Origin: Oikopleura dioica
Taxonomy: Eukaryota; Animalia; Chordata
Assembly (NCBI GenBank): GCA_907165135.1
Contig: OU015568.1
Location: 2,852,001 to 2,916,000, forward strand
DNA length: 64,000 nt
Direction: 5' to 3'
Made by a program: the position numbers and the translations under genes. Positions 1 through 11,460 of this stretch are shown in pieces. A model generated the notes under the pieces. It was not told the DNA's origin, ran no database searches, and saw nothing but the letters and a program-made list of their open reading frames with translations. Within the stretch, counting starts at the first letter, position 1, and each line of letters begins with the position of its first letter.

Positions 1-765
1 TCTGTGTTTCTAGAGCAGTTGCTACTACATTCGGTGCAAAAGTTTTTGGCTCTTTCGCCTGGATAGTCCCAGTTGGAGTAGCTTGCTCAACTTTTGGCTC
101 CTCCAATGGCGAAGCTTTCACGTCTGCAAGACTTGTTTACGCAGCCGGAGGAAATGGGCACTTCCCAAGATTTCTTGCTTATCTCAGGTAATCTTCCTTG
201 ATTTCATTTTTCCCAACTAAATCTTCAGCAACGAGCGATTGACTCCCCTGATGGCAGTGGTTTTCAACGCTGTGATCGGAATTCTTATGGTCTTGCCGGA
301 ATCGTCGAACATTGAGAATCTTCTTGACTACTTTAGTTTCGCCATGTGGACAATTTACGCCCTGACATTTATTTCTATCATTATTTTCCGCTACAGAAAG
401 CCATATTGTGATGTTGAAAGAAAATTCAAGGTGAATTTTTTGAGCTTTTTTTGCTTCTTTGTTTGTTTTCTTTTATCGCCTCTGTCAGCAAAATTCGCTC
501 AAACATGCTTTTTAAGATTTGGCTTCCGCTTCCTGTCCTTGCTGCCGGAATCTCGCTGTATTTGGTCATTGCGCCTCTTGTTGAAGAACCATCCTTGGCA
601 TATCTTCTTGCTACTCTCATCATTTTTGGTGGACTGATATTCTACATTCCCTTTGTCTATCTCGACTGGGACCTTCCCTTTGGAATTTACAACAAAGTCG
701 AGATTTTCTGCCAAAAATACTTTGAAGTTGTTCCTGTTTCAGCCGATGAGCTTAAAAACGAATAA
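1..765 (+). CDS. SLC7 (LAT/b0,+ light-chain type) amino-acid transporter, 3' part; 5' end outside window
   Basis: Spliced translation ..FGAKVFGSFAWIVPVGVACSTFGSSNGEAFTSARLVYAAGGNGHFPRFLAYL|..RLTPLMAVVFN..LLDYFSFAMW..RYRKP..RKFK|IWLPLPVL..LVIAPLVEEP..GLIFYIPFV matches the TM8-12 pattern of SLC7 light chains; GT-AG introns near 188-228 and 431-517. Confidence 0.88.
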
Positions 766-911
766 AAATCAAAACAAATTTTAACACTGAATCCGGATTT
801 GTTTTATAAGGTCGGTCGTTTCCCTGAGAACAGATATTGCTTGCATAGAAATTCATTTTTGAGTGAAAAAGCGGCTTCGAGTTTTCGTCGAAAAAGTTGG
901 CAAATGATTGA

Positions 912-1952
912 AGGAAAAAATATGAGCTGAAAGAGAAAATATGGCTAGAATATACTGAGGATAATGAAGGATCAATTTTCTTCGAAATTTTCGATGATGA
1001 CCAGTTACTTTGGTCACATTGGTCATCAGATTTGCCAAGCCTGAAAAACTATTGGCTTAACAAATTTGTCGGGGAGGAAGATGTTATTATTCTTCAAGAC
1101 CATGATGACTGTTATTATTGTTTCGACAGAAAAATTAAGATTTGCGCTCATCATGGAAGCGAGATCATCATTCGCATATCTTTAAAAAACCGAACAGTCA
1201 AAAAATACGTTGTTCCTGATCGAAAACTCAATGAATGTTCTGACTTTGTATGTGGTTTCGGAGTTGCTAGAGATCAGCTTTATTTCCTCGTAACAGCACC
1301 TTCATTTATACAAGTCCAGCATTCAGGAAACGAAGATCAATTCCATTATCGTTATTTTGGAGTTCTCTCTGAAAACAAGGATGAAAACAATTTTCTTGCC
1401 AACACCATCTGTTTTATAAGAGAAGATGTTTTCCTCAGTGGAAACGAGCTTAAAATACCGGCTAAATGCGACTACTTCCATTTCAACGACTTGACTGACG
1501 AAGAAGAAGAAGATCTTTTTCTATTTCGATGCTATAATGGAGGGACGGAAGGAGCTCGGGTCAAAATAAATCAGCCTCCCTAGAAATTCAAAGTGCGTAA
1601 AAAAAAAATTATGTATTATTTATTGTGTTGATGATTGTTGACTCCTTGAAAAAGATAAACTAGCTCTGTTGTATGGACTTCCTTTCGAGAAATTTCTTGA
1701 AGAGTTGGACGAAGATGTATTTCAGAAAGATCTAATTGAATATAAATATGGCGATGTAACCAAGCAAGCAATTTGCGTCGATCTTCGTAAGATCTTTTTC
1801 TTGTGAGAACAAGCAAACTAAGCCTCTTTTTTATAGTCTGTCATCCGTCAATAAAAGGCGAGGATGGGGAACTGCTCAACCTCATTGAAGCGAGAAGGGA
1901 AGAAGTTGAGTTTTACCGAGATTATTATAAAGAAATAGCCAATGGTGATTAA
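912..1952 (+). CDS. Uncharacterised multi-exon protein
   Basis: Open frame 912-1583, then coding-like exons LALLYGLPFEKFLEELDEDVFQKDLIEYKYGDVTKQAICVDL| and CHPSIKGEDGELLNLIEARREEVEFYRDYYKEIANGD* joined by a GTAAG..TAG intron; start and first junction uncertain; no family recognised. Confidence 0.45.
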
Positions 1953-2885
1953 ATTCATTCTGAGCTAAGACGACAACATTGTGGCTTGAAATAAAATTAT
2001 CTGATTCAGAATTATCATAAGTTATTGATTCATAACATAGTATTTTCTTTTCTTTTTTCATTTTCTATGTATCAATTCATCTGCTTTAAATTTTCTTCTA
2101 ATAAATATTTTTAAACTATTCTCATTTCCTTGAAACTAATAAAAAAGCGATAATTTTCTACCGACCGCCGAATCACCTCCTCCAATCTACCGTTCCAGTC
2201 GATCGCTTTTCTGAATCATCCGCCCCATTTTCGATCTTTATCAGACCTTGACGGGGCGCTAGACAAGAAAACTCAAAAATAAAATAAGTTTTTTTTCTTC
2301 ATCTTTTTTTGAAATCGAATACTTGCCTTTTCCGCCGCCCGCTGAGAAAATCGATATCCACGATAAATTTGTGAAAAATTGGCGCTTGAGAATAATTTTT
2401 TCGAAAAAAGCGGGCGCAAATTTTTCAAAGTGGAACAATAAAAACGACGAGGTAATCAAATTTGCGAGGGGATAACAAAAGCAGCCTAACAATCAGCCAC
2501 CGAGAAAAATAAAGAAAAGGTCGAGGAGAGAAACAAAAAACTTGGAAAAAAAGAGAAAATGTCGCACATGGGAAGAAACATGAGGAATGATTCGAAAATG
2601 TACTCGCATCCTGCTTATTCGTAAATCAAAAAAGTCTTTTTTATTCATCATTTTCATGGTTTTTAGTATTAGAAGAAAATAGCCTTTGGAGCTTACACTG
2701 TAAGCCTTACAGAAGGATAAAGATTGTTAAAAACGTCTCTGAATCCTGTGTAGAAAACCTGAGTCAGGGTCAGCTGCTTAGGGAGAATTTTAAAATAAAT
2801 TGCAAAATTTATTTTGGGAAGCCGCTTCGCGGCTTTGTTTTTAAAAAAGCCGCAACGCGGCTTTTCATTTAAGATCTGTCAGACC

Positions 2886-4253
2886 CAGGGTTCTAAACGG
2901 ACATGTCCGTGTACGGATTTTATCAGTGTCTGTCCGGTCTTGTCCGTACGGACAGACTAGACTTTTGGTCTTTTGGTCGAGGAAAAAACGGACAGCCTAG
3001 ACCGAACTTTTGTAGAGATCCGGACAAAATCCGTATTTGTCCGTATTTGTCCGTGAAATCCGGACAACTCCAGACTTTTGTCCGTGTCTGTTAAATCCGG
3101 GCAGAATCCGAAAAAATCCGTAAAAAGCACGACTTGAGTTCGAATCCGTTTCAAAAAACCCTGAACCAAGGTGATTATTTGTTAAAATAAACCAGGTTTT
3201 CAGTTAAAAATTTATAAATATCAAAATTTTTGACTTTTTGCCGGAAAATATCGATGATAACTTTCAATTGATAGCCTATCAATGATAGGTCTTTTGAAGG
3301 TGCGAAGCCGGAACTTTGAGGACTAAGGGAAAATTGGTTAAATTTAGAATATTAGGTTCTTCATTATTCCGCTAATTCATTGTGAGTCCTAATTTGGGAC
3401 CAGTATTGCAAATTTATTGAGCAAGTGAAATGAGCAATCACTCAGCTCAGCAATTTTCGGGAAAAGCCGGCTCAAGGTGTTAAGCGTGCTCATGCTCACA
3501 AAAATTTGAGCATCCCGTGCTCACGCATGCTCATGCTCACTGAAATTTGAGCAGCCTCGTGCTCACGCGTGCTCGTGCTCGCGCAAAATTTTCAGATTTC
3601 AAACCCCGGTCGGGTTAGCCCGCTAAAGTCATTCAGCTCGATCATTTCGAGAGAACTCAGCTCAGACCAATTATTTTCTTCATAAAGCCAGCTAAGGTCA
3701 GCTTGGATAACACCTCGATCGTGCTCAGGCTCCGCGAAATTTGAGCACGTGCTTATGCTCAGCCAAAATTTGCGACTTTTCAAACCTTGTGCTGAGCTAA
3801 GCTAGCAATTTTATGAAGTCTTTGGGCTAAGCCTAGCCTCTTCTGAAAAAAGCAGTCGCTTATTAAACTTGCGACTCTTTCCCAGCCCAGTCCCTTGATT
3901 TTCTAAAATTGCCTTGAGAAGAATTCGATTTTTCGATGTATTTTCGGTCAAATTTATTTCTAAAAGATTTTTTTTTTGGTCCAGTCGGGTTTATTTCGAT
4001 AAAAATTCGTTTTCTCCATGAAATTGTACGGACATTTACGGACAAGACCAGACTAGACCAGACTGTTTCTTTAAAAAAAATATGTCCAGATTAAACGGAC
4101 AAAAACGGACTAAAACGGACATGTCCGGGACTAGACCGGACAAAAATCCGTTTTTTTGATCCGGACACGGACAGACTAGACTTGGGATTTTGTCGGAGGA
4201 CACGGACACGGACAGACTAGACTTTTAGATTTTGCCTCAAATTTAGAACCCTG
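2886..4253. mobile_element. Non-autonomous hAT-type element with GGACA/TCCGT subterminal repeats
   Basis: TIR CAGGGTTCTAAA..TTTAGAACCCTG; perfect 8-bp TSD GTCAGACC (2878-2885, 4254-4261); many acggac/gtccgt motifs at both ends; no transposase ORF. Confidence 0.9.
3440..3835. repeat. GCTCA/TGAGC-rich cluster nested inside the hAT element
   Basis: Repeated gctcag/gctcatgctcac/tttgagca motifs resembling 14960-15387 and 49531-49920; boundaries unclear. Confidence 0.55.
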
Positions 4254-4610
4254 GTCAGACCCTGACTCAGATTTTTCACCAAGGTTACCGAGCCAGGCCA
4301 AAATTTTTACTGAGACAAAGTCAAAATTCTCGATTTTCTTTCTTTCAACTGATGAAGATTTTCTTTTGCTAAGTCTGCCTGAGAAAGTCTGTGAATGCGA
4401 AATAAAGCTTTTATGATGCGAATGAGAAAGAAACTGGTAAAATGCGCATCGATCTCCGTTGTGCCACGATAAGACTCTTAGAATCGAGCTGGGCAGGCTC
4501 AACGCCAGGATAAACAAAAATATTCTTTATAAAAGCTGTTTTGCCGAGTATTTTCTTAGCAGAGATTTTTTCGGTTGAATAAATAAAAACAGAGAAAACG
4601 GGTAATTTTT

Positions 4611-6210
4611 ATGAAACGATTGAGTTTCACCCCTTCGGAAAGATATAACATTGCCTCGGGGTAAGAGAGAAGTGTTTAATTAAAGAAGAGATTTCCGATT
4701 GAGGAATTTTTCTAGCTCTTGTCGAAAAAACCGCCTGGAGGGAAAATAAAATGAATATTTAGCGTGCGGACGTCAGAAACAGTCGTGACAGGAGTAGATG
4801 ATCAATTCATCAAATCAAAAGAAGGGATTCTCAAGATCCTTCAAGTGGTCTTTGGCGCAATTGCTTGGATCATCATGGCTTCCCTTCCGTACATGCGGAT
4901 GATTTACACGCAAGGACATACAGCGCCGTTTCATGCTATCATGACTCGTAAGTTTCAATATCTACAGTCATTTTTCTGACAGAAATCCGATTCTGAAAGA
5001 TTTCAATTTTTCATCATTTTTTAATTGAAAGACCTCAATAAAGGCTTTTCATATTACAAAAATTATCAAAATTGATGACTTATCAATATTTTAGTGGAGC
5101 TACTTGCCTGGATTGTTACAGTAATTATTCTCATTTCAAAAGCTTGCGGTACTGGAATGAATAGCAAGGGCTTCGCTGGCTGCATGTACAAATCAACTTG
5201 GGTTTTCATCCTGAATTTCATTCTTTTTGCGTTTTTCTTGATCGCTGCTTGCATTTTGGCCGCCAATGCTTACAGATTTGACCTTGGATCGGTAAGAATA
5301 ATCAAATTTATTCTTCATAAGCCATTTTAGTCGGCATATTCTTCATTCGGAAATCGCGGACGAATGCAAGAAATGAACCGATACGGCTACGAAATCGGAC
5401 GAAATCAGCAAAACGGAGAAGGAGGCACCTTCAATCTGGGTTCCTGCGATAGCTTCAACGTCAATCAGCCCTACTGTGCGATGCATGCTGAGGAGTGCAG
5501 AAAGTTTTTTGATGACTGCATGAAAATCGCCTCCGGGACTGGCTGTAAGTACCTTGTAAATGCTACTGTCACACTGAGAGTGGTACAAAAGCGTATTGTC
5601 AGAATTAATCAAACCGGTGTTTTCAGACAACAAGTACTTCGTCAACGCAATTACTGCCTGCGTCTTTGCATTTATCACGACGATTCTTTACCTGGTAAGA
5701 AAATTAAATTTGCACCTTTTCATTTAAAATAAATGAGAGTCTCATTGTGAGGCGAGCTCAATGCCTTCAATAAAAATAAACCTTGTGCTTGCCTGACACA
5801 GTTTTATTCCATTTTTCTTAGGTAAGCATGGTTCTTGCATTCAAAGATGGCGGGTGGACTCCATCTATTCCCGATCTCGCATCTTTCAACCCGCTAGAAA
5901 AAGAAGAAATCTCGAACGACATTGAATTCGGCAACGACGATGATCTCAATCGCTCGCTGAGAAAGAACACCTGGAAGAACCAGTCGAAGCAGGGAAGATC
6001 TTCAAAAGCTGAAATCACTTATTCGGAGGCAAATGTAAGCTCCAACACATTTACATTCACTAACTCGAAATGATCAAGGTTTATAATTGCTCCTTTTCTA
6101 ATTCTATTATTTTATAATCAACCATTTTTAGTCCGGCATCGTGAAACCAACACTCTCCTCAACCCTCTCGAAAAATTCCGTCTTCACTTCCAACGGCGCC
6201 AATCTCATCT
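4611..6210 (+). CDS. MARVEL-domain four-TM protein, paralog 1 (MAL/plasmolipin/CMTM-like)
   Basis: MKRLSFTPSERYNIASG|VRTSET..FIKSKEGILKILQVVFGAIAWIIMAS (typical MARVEL TM1 entry), three more hydrophobic segments, TM4 AITACVFAFITTILYL; short GT-AG introns. Confidence 0.75.
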
Positions 6211-6595
6211 AAACTTCCAAAAAATACCTCCGAAAAAAACCGAAAATATCGAAACTTCAAGAACCAAGAACTCATCACCCAAAGTCTGCCCGAAATCTCA
6301 ATCCCTGTAGTTTGACCTGATTCCTTTTTTGAAACCATTGTGAGCAAGAAAAAAAAATAATATTTCATTCTGTCCAAACAAATAAATCAAATATTGCATT
6401 CAATACTTTCTTCTTTGGAAAAGGTGGTCTTCTGTGTCTCACTTTTGCAATCAAGACGTTTCAATTATTGATACATTTTACAAATGAATGTCGTAATGAA
6501 CAAAAAAGAGGGCGCAAGTTGAAGAGAAGAGATTTAAAATGCGATCAGATCCCTGTTAAAAGTGCATTTGACAAGTATTCTTGAGAGTTTTCAAA

Positions 6596-6862
6596 ATGAA
6601 TTTTTTGCTTATTCTAGCTGCTCTGGTAAATCTCGCTTTTTCACAAGGAGGTAAGCCCTTAAGCTCAAATTTTATCAAAAATAAAATTTTTATTTGACAT
6701 TCAGAAGCGAGTAACTGGATGAACATGCTTGACTACGAAGACCCAAGAGGTAGCGATCCGCTGATGGACGCGATGAACATGTACAGTGAAGATCACATTC
6801 CTGCTGTCTACGAGAAACGCTCGAAATGGATGCGAAACCGAATGCGACCTGCAAGGCATTAG
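6596..6862 (+). CDS. Small secreted prepropeptide, 70 aa (candidate neuropeptide or host-defence peptide)
   Basis: Exon1 6596-6650 MNFLLILAALVNLAFSQG (signal peptide), GTAAG..CAG intron 6651-6704, exon2 EASNWMNMLDYEDPRGSDPLMDAMNMYSEDHIPAVYEKR-SKWMRNRMRPARH*. Confidence 0.72.
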
Positions 6863-6940
6863 ATTTCTTCGTTTCAAATAAATTTCATTGTAACAAGCCT
6901 GCGACGGTCAGTTTATCTGGTCAATTTTGTTAGGAAAGAA

Positions 6941-7781
6941 TCATTCGGATTTCTCTTCAGCAGCCATCATTGCTTTCATACATTCAGCAATTTGAGCTGA
7001 CAGCTCTTCGTTATTCGCAAATGTCGCCATTTTCTCTCGGAAAGCTGTGATCTTCGGGTATTCTTAACGAAAGTTTATCCCTTTTGAATTCACAAAGAGG
7101 CTTACTTTCGGGGCAGAACTTGAAGCCAACAAAGGTGGGGACGTAAAGAGAGCAGGAAATAGAAATGTCAGCGATGGTTGGTGAATCTCCGTTGAGATAA
7201 GCGCCTTTGAGAAGATGTTGCTCGATGAATTCGAATTTGGCTTCCATCGCCTTAAAATAATTTTATTGCCTTCAAAGCAAAAGGACGGGGAACCTTAAGT
7301 TTTTCCGCGTCAGGGGCTTGTTTGTAGAGCCAGATGGGGTAGACGTATTCGCCGATAGCTTTGTACAGAGTTCCGAGATCAAAGTTCAAAAGGTAGTCGA
7401 CTCTAGCGCGGGCTTGAGCGTCAACTGGGTAGAACTTGTTCTCCTTGTCGTACTTGTTGCACAGGTACTGCAAAATCGCCCTGAAAGGACTGATAAATTG
7501 GATATTCACCTTCCCAAATACCTTGATTCCCAAAGAACAAAGTCGCCATCCTTGATTGTCGGAACAACATGAGCAGGATTCATTGCGACGAAATCTTCGG
7601 CCATTTGCTCCTGCTTCATCAAATTGATGTTTTTGATCGAGTGCTCGACATTGAGCGCGTTCGCTGTCTTTTTTGGATTAATTTTTTTCTCTTTTAATCA
7701 TTTATACAACAAAAATCAAACCCCTTTCAAAAGAACAGCTCTGCAAGGAGCAGAAACGACCATCGAGAAAATTTCAACCAT
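6941..7781 (-). CDS. Glutathione S-transferase, theta/delta-like class
   Basis: [86 protein letters not shown]: GST N- and C-domain motifs, active-site Ser in SAPCRAV. Confidence 0.93.
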
Positions 7782-8403
7782 TTTTTTTTCTATCTAAAAT
7801 TTTTAATTTAATCAAAATTATGTTTCAGTATTATCGCGTCTCTCGTTGTCTTATTTATCTCCATGGAAATGAACATGAACAGGAAAAAAGTAAAACTGAA
7901 TTAGTAACGGCGGTTAGTTTCGAAAGTGGAAAGTCGTAAACATGCCCCTATTGATGCGTGACGCTCGACTGAAAAGGCTCTTATTTCAGAATTATCGACT
8001 GATTTTCTTGCCCGCGGCGCACCAACATTTTTTCGTGGATTATATAAAAAATTTTTTTGTAATTTCGTCAGTAAAATCTTTTTCGATGAAAAATTATCGA
8101 TTGTCTGACCTGGCGTGGAATCAAATCGGAACACGTCTGACAAGCCCGTCGCCTGTCGATTTCTAACAGCCAACATTTCAATGGCCATGATCACGATTTT
8201 CCAGACTTCAACTTTGATTTTGACCTCTTCAGCAAATTTCCTTGAAAAGCGCGGAATCATCCACCGGCGGGTAAACCGACATTTGGTTTGTCGCACTTGT
8301 CAGCTTATGACATCTTCGCGGCGCTAGATTTTGTATAAAAACCAAGTTCGCTTTTCAAGAAATCATCAAACAATTGAATCATCAATCAAACAAAAAACAT
8401 AAA

Positions 8404-9251
8404 ATGAAAATTTCCATTATTTTTTTCTCAACAGTCTCCGCCAACCCAGCTCTTTTGGGCGCTGCACCAAGAAGTGTTCATCCCAGCGCTTCGAATCTCT
8501 TCAATATCATCACTTTCAAAGCTAATGCTGCTGGATTCGGAGATATTGATGTGGAAGATCTTCTCAAATACGGATGCCACTGCAATATCTACGATGGGCT
8601 CGAAAAGGGCCTTGGCAAACCAGTTGACGGAATCGATAGCGCCTGCAAGAGATACTACGAATGCGTCACCTGCACAGAAATGAAGCGCTCCACGAACTCG
8701 GAAGCTTGTGTTTGGAACGAAACAACATACGAAATCGGCTCGGATGAAAATGGCCTCGCATGCCCTTCGAATGTCAATGAAGGTCTCGATTCAACAGGCT
8801 GCTCTCAAGAAATTTGCCAGTGCAACATGCAGCTAGCAGATGATCTGGTCGCGAAATTGGAGAGCTTTAGTGATGATAACACGCACAGCGGGGGGTTTGA
8901 TAAGGAAGCTATGTGCGTCTCTAGGAATTGGTTTTAATTCATTTATAATGAGGATTTTAAACAATTAAATTCCTCTAAATAAAAATTTGAAACCAAAAAA
9001 GCGGCCAAAAACTTGGCGGAGATCTGAAATGCTGCGGCCAAAATCCATTCTACAATCTCTATCGAGAGGGAAACGGAATCCGAGAATGCTGCAAAGGAAA
9101 AGTCCTCAACACAATCACCAACGAGTGCTGCGATGGAAACGTCTCACCAATCGGCACTTGCTCAAGCAACACTGCTGGCAACAATGGTGGAAACAACGGC
9201 GGAAACAACAGTGGTAATAACGGTGGAAACACTGGCAACTATGGATATTAA
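8404..9251 (+). CDS. Secreted phospholipase A2-like protein (predicted inactive) with CC-repeat and Gly/Asn tail
   Basis: Signal peptide MKISIIFFSTVSA; YGCHC..GLGKPVDGIDSACKRYYEC..ICQCN matches the sPLA2 Cys scaffold; exon 2 LKCCGQNPFY..ECCKGKVLNTITNECCDGNVSPIGTC..NNGGNNGG..GNYGY*; probable GA-AG intron 8925-9001. Confidence 0.8.
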
Positions 9252-9459
9252 AATATGGATATTAAAATGGATATTAAAACTGTTCTTCAACCTTTTTGTT
9301 CAAAAAAATTTTCGTCTTCGTTAGTTGGATAACACTGGATAGAAGCGAAACTTTCCGCTAGAAAGAATTCGTGAGACCAGGAATTTCTAACTGTATCTTT
9401 TTAAATAATAAATGCCTAAAATATGAGTTTTGTTTCTTTTGGATATCAAGGAAGAAATT

Positions 9460-10372
9460 TTATTTTTTGAAGAATTTGGACATTTTTCTCTGCGAGTTTC
9501 TCCATGTGTTTCTTGTCAGCGAGCGGTGGAGGGAGTCGTCAGTGACTAAGATGTCATTCCCGTCAATGTCGTCGAAAGTTGATAATTTTCGGCTATTACG
9601 ATCGTTGATTAAAAGCTTCGCTGCAAAGATCTAAAAGAGGCTTCTTTAAAAGTAATAAGCACTTTTTACCCAGTAAAGTATTGCTGTAGTGAAGGCAAAA
9701 ATGCAGCTAATAATCGCGCCAATAAAGTACTGAAAAGAATGAAGATACTGATAATGAGTTTAAAAACCTTGTCATGAAGCTCTCCCGCTGCGAGGCGCAT
9801 GCAATCGTTGAAGAACTCCGTACATTCTTCTTGATTACTTGCGCAATATGGCTGGTTGACGTTGAAACTGTCGCACGATCCAAGCTCTAGATGCGTGATT
9901 TCATAACCCTTACCCCGGTTTCATCCCTTTTCTCTTTCCTAATCAGTGTTTAAAGATATCAAAGAAACCGTCGCCAGGAGTTCAGCTCGTCTCCGATTCC
10001 AGCTGAAGCGGAGAATCTCGATCTTCCGAGCGAGAAATTGCCAGAAAAGACGGAGCTTATCAGTGCTGCCAATAGAAAAAATACTCCGAGGATGACATTT
10101 ATTATCGCCAAGGACTTATTCGGGAGGGAAACGAGAAGGGTCAGGATTGAAACTAGCCAGCTTATGACCTCAACTAGAAATTGTTATAAAAGGCTATCTT
10201 ACTCGAAAAACGTACAAGCAAGAACAATATGGAACGGAATCGTGTATCCTCCTGTGTAAATCATTTTCGTATACGGCAAAGAAGCCATGATTATCCAAGC
10301 TACAGCTCCTGTCAAAATCTCTAAGAGAATAATCTTCGAATCCTTTCCGAAATTCTCTCGAAATCGCTCCAT
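9460..10372 (-). CDS. MARVEL-domain four-TM protein, paralog 2
   Basis: Reverse-strand exons MERFRENFGKDSKIILLEILTGAVAWIIMASLPYTKMIYTGG, ELGSCDSFNVNQPYCASNQEECTEFFNDC and SLHRSLTRNTWRNSQRK align with paralog 1; not in ORF track. Confidence 0.75.
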
Positions 10373-10495
10373 TTACGGCTCTTTTCTCTGCTGAAAAGTT
10401 GGCTTTGAGTCACGTGAGGGAAGAAAAGGGTTGTTTGTTCTGGGTAGGATACTGAGGCTACTGTGCCAAGGGAGCATTCTGTTGGTGACCTTCAG

Positions 10496-11211
10496 AGGAA
10501 ATCAAAGAGACAAAAGAACTACTGGAGCTTCGCCCTTTTCGCCAATTTTCTAGACGTCTAATTTGACAATCTTCAAGAATCGCCAAAAATTCTCTAGATG
10601 CCGGCGCGCCGCTCTCAGATTTGGAAATTGAATCAGTTAGAGAGAGGTACGCCTGCTCCAAACAGCAGGGTCCGAAATCCGTATTTTATGAGGTAGAAAA
10701 GAGACATTGAGAAGCTGCTGTTACTAACAAATGTTTTCAGAACAAGCCCGTCGATCTTCCTGGAAGATACCTCGTGCGACCGCTTTTCCAAAAGGAAGAA
10801 AATTGACCCTAATATCGCCCTTTTTCGGGGCGATGTTAGGGACCGGCGCATCGAGAAACTGAAAAGAATTTTCAGGAAGATGCGCGGCTCGTGAAGAATA
10901 TTGAGTTTGCTTGTCCGGAGACCTATTCGAGTGAGAATCCTAGCGACAGCATGATGAGTGAGGAAGACAGCACACGAGTGCATGAAAATGAGGTTTAAAG
11001 TTTATGCTTTTTTCATGGCATGACCTTTCTTTAGGGTGTCGAGAAGGCTTCTCAAGAGTCTAAGGATGGCAAAGCAACGGAGAAACTAACTGAAGTGCAA
11101 TTTACGGTTTCTCTCGAACTGAAGGCGCTGCCCAAGCCGGCTTCTTCTCCCGAGAAACAAAAGAAAACAGAGTCAATCCAACCAAAACTCGCAAAATCTT
11201 TAATTTCCTAG
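10496..11211 (+). CDS. Uncharacterised multi-exon protein
   Basis: Coding-like exons ..ERYACSKQQGPKSVFYE|NKPVDLPGRYLVRPLFQK|GPAHRETEKNFQEDARLVKNIEF..VHENE|GVEKASQESKDG..KSLIS* separated by ~45-nt introns; both ends uncertain. Confidence 0.4.
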
Positions 11212-11460
11212 CATTCCTTTCAAAGCCTCTTCATGTTCTGCCATTCCTTGCAGCAATGAATTCAGTGAAATAAATTGAACTTCAGGAAGAATTAAAATTT
11301 ATTTCCTAGTTTCAGGTTCAGTTTTGTTGTAATTCAGGTTGTATCCATTATGTGCAGTCGGAAAGAAAATCGTAGAAAATGAAATTAGAAAAATAATGAG
11401 AAAAGAGTTTTTGGCCACCAAAATAAGGAAAGGATTGTACAGTTGATTTTATCGGATTTT

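Larger units (their letters stand above)
2758..4270. mobile_element. Short CCTGAGTCAG-terminated inverted-repeat element (~140 bp before insertion), interrupted by a hAT MITE
   Basis: cctgagtcagggtc at 2758 and gaccctgactcag at 4258-4270; same termini at 41575-41649 and 48623-48709. Confidence 0.6.

Noticed and set aside
2300-2630. Possible small plus-strand gene ending ..MYSHPAYS*
   Set aside because: Lys-rich low complexity with ambiguous splice sites; not supportable from sequence alone
11200-11211. Overlapping stop codons of two convergent genes
   Set aside because: Depends on two uncertain 3' exon assignments
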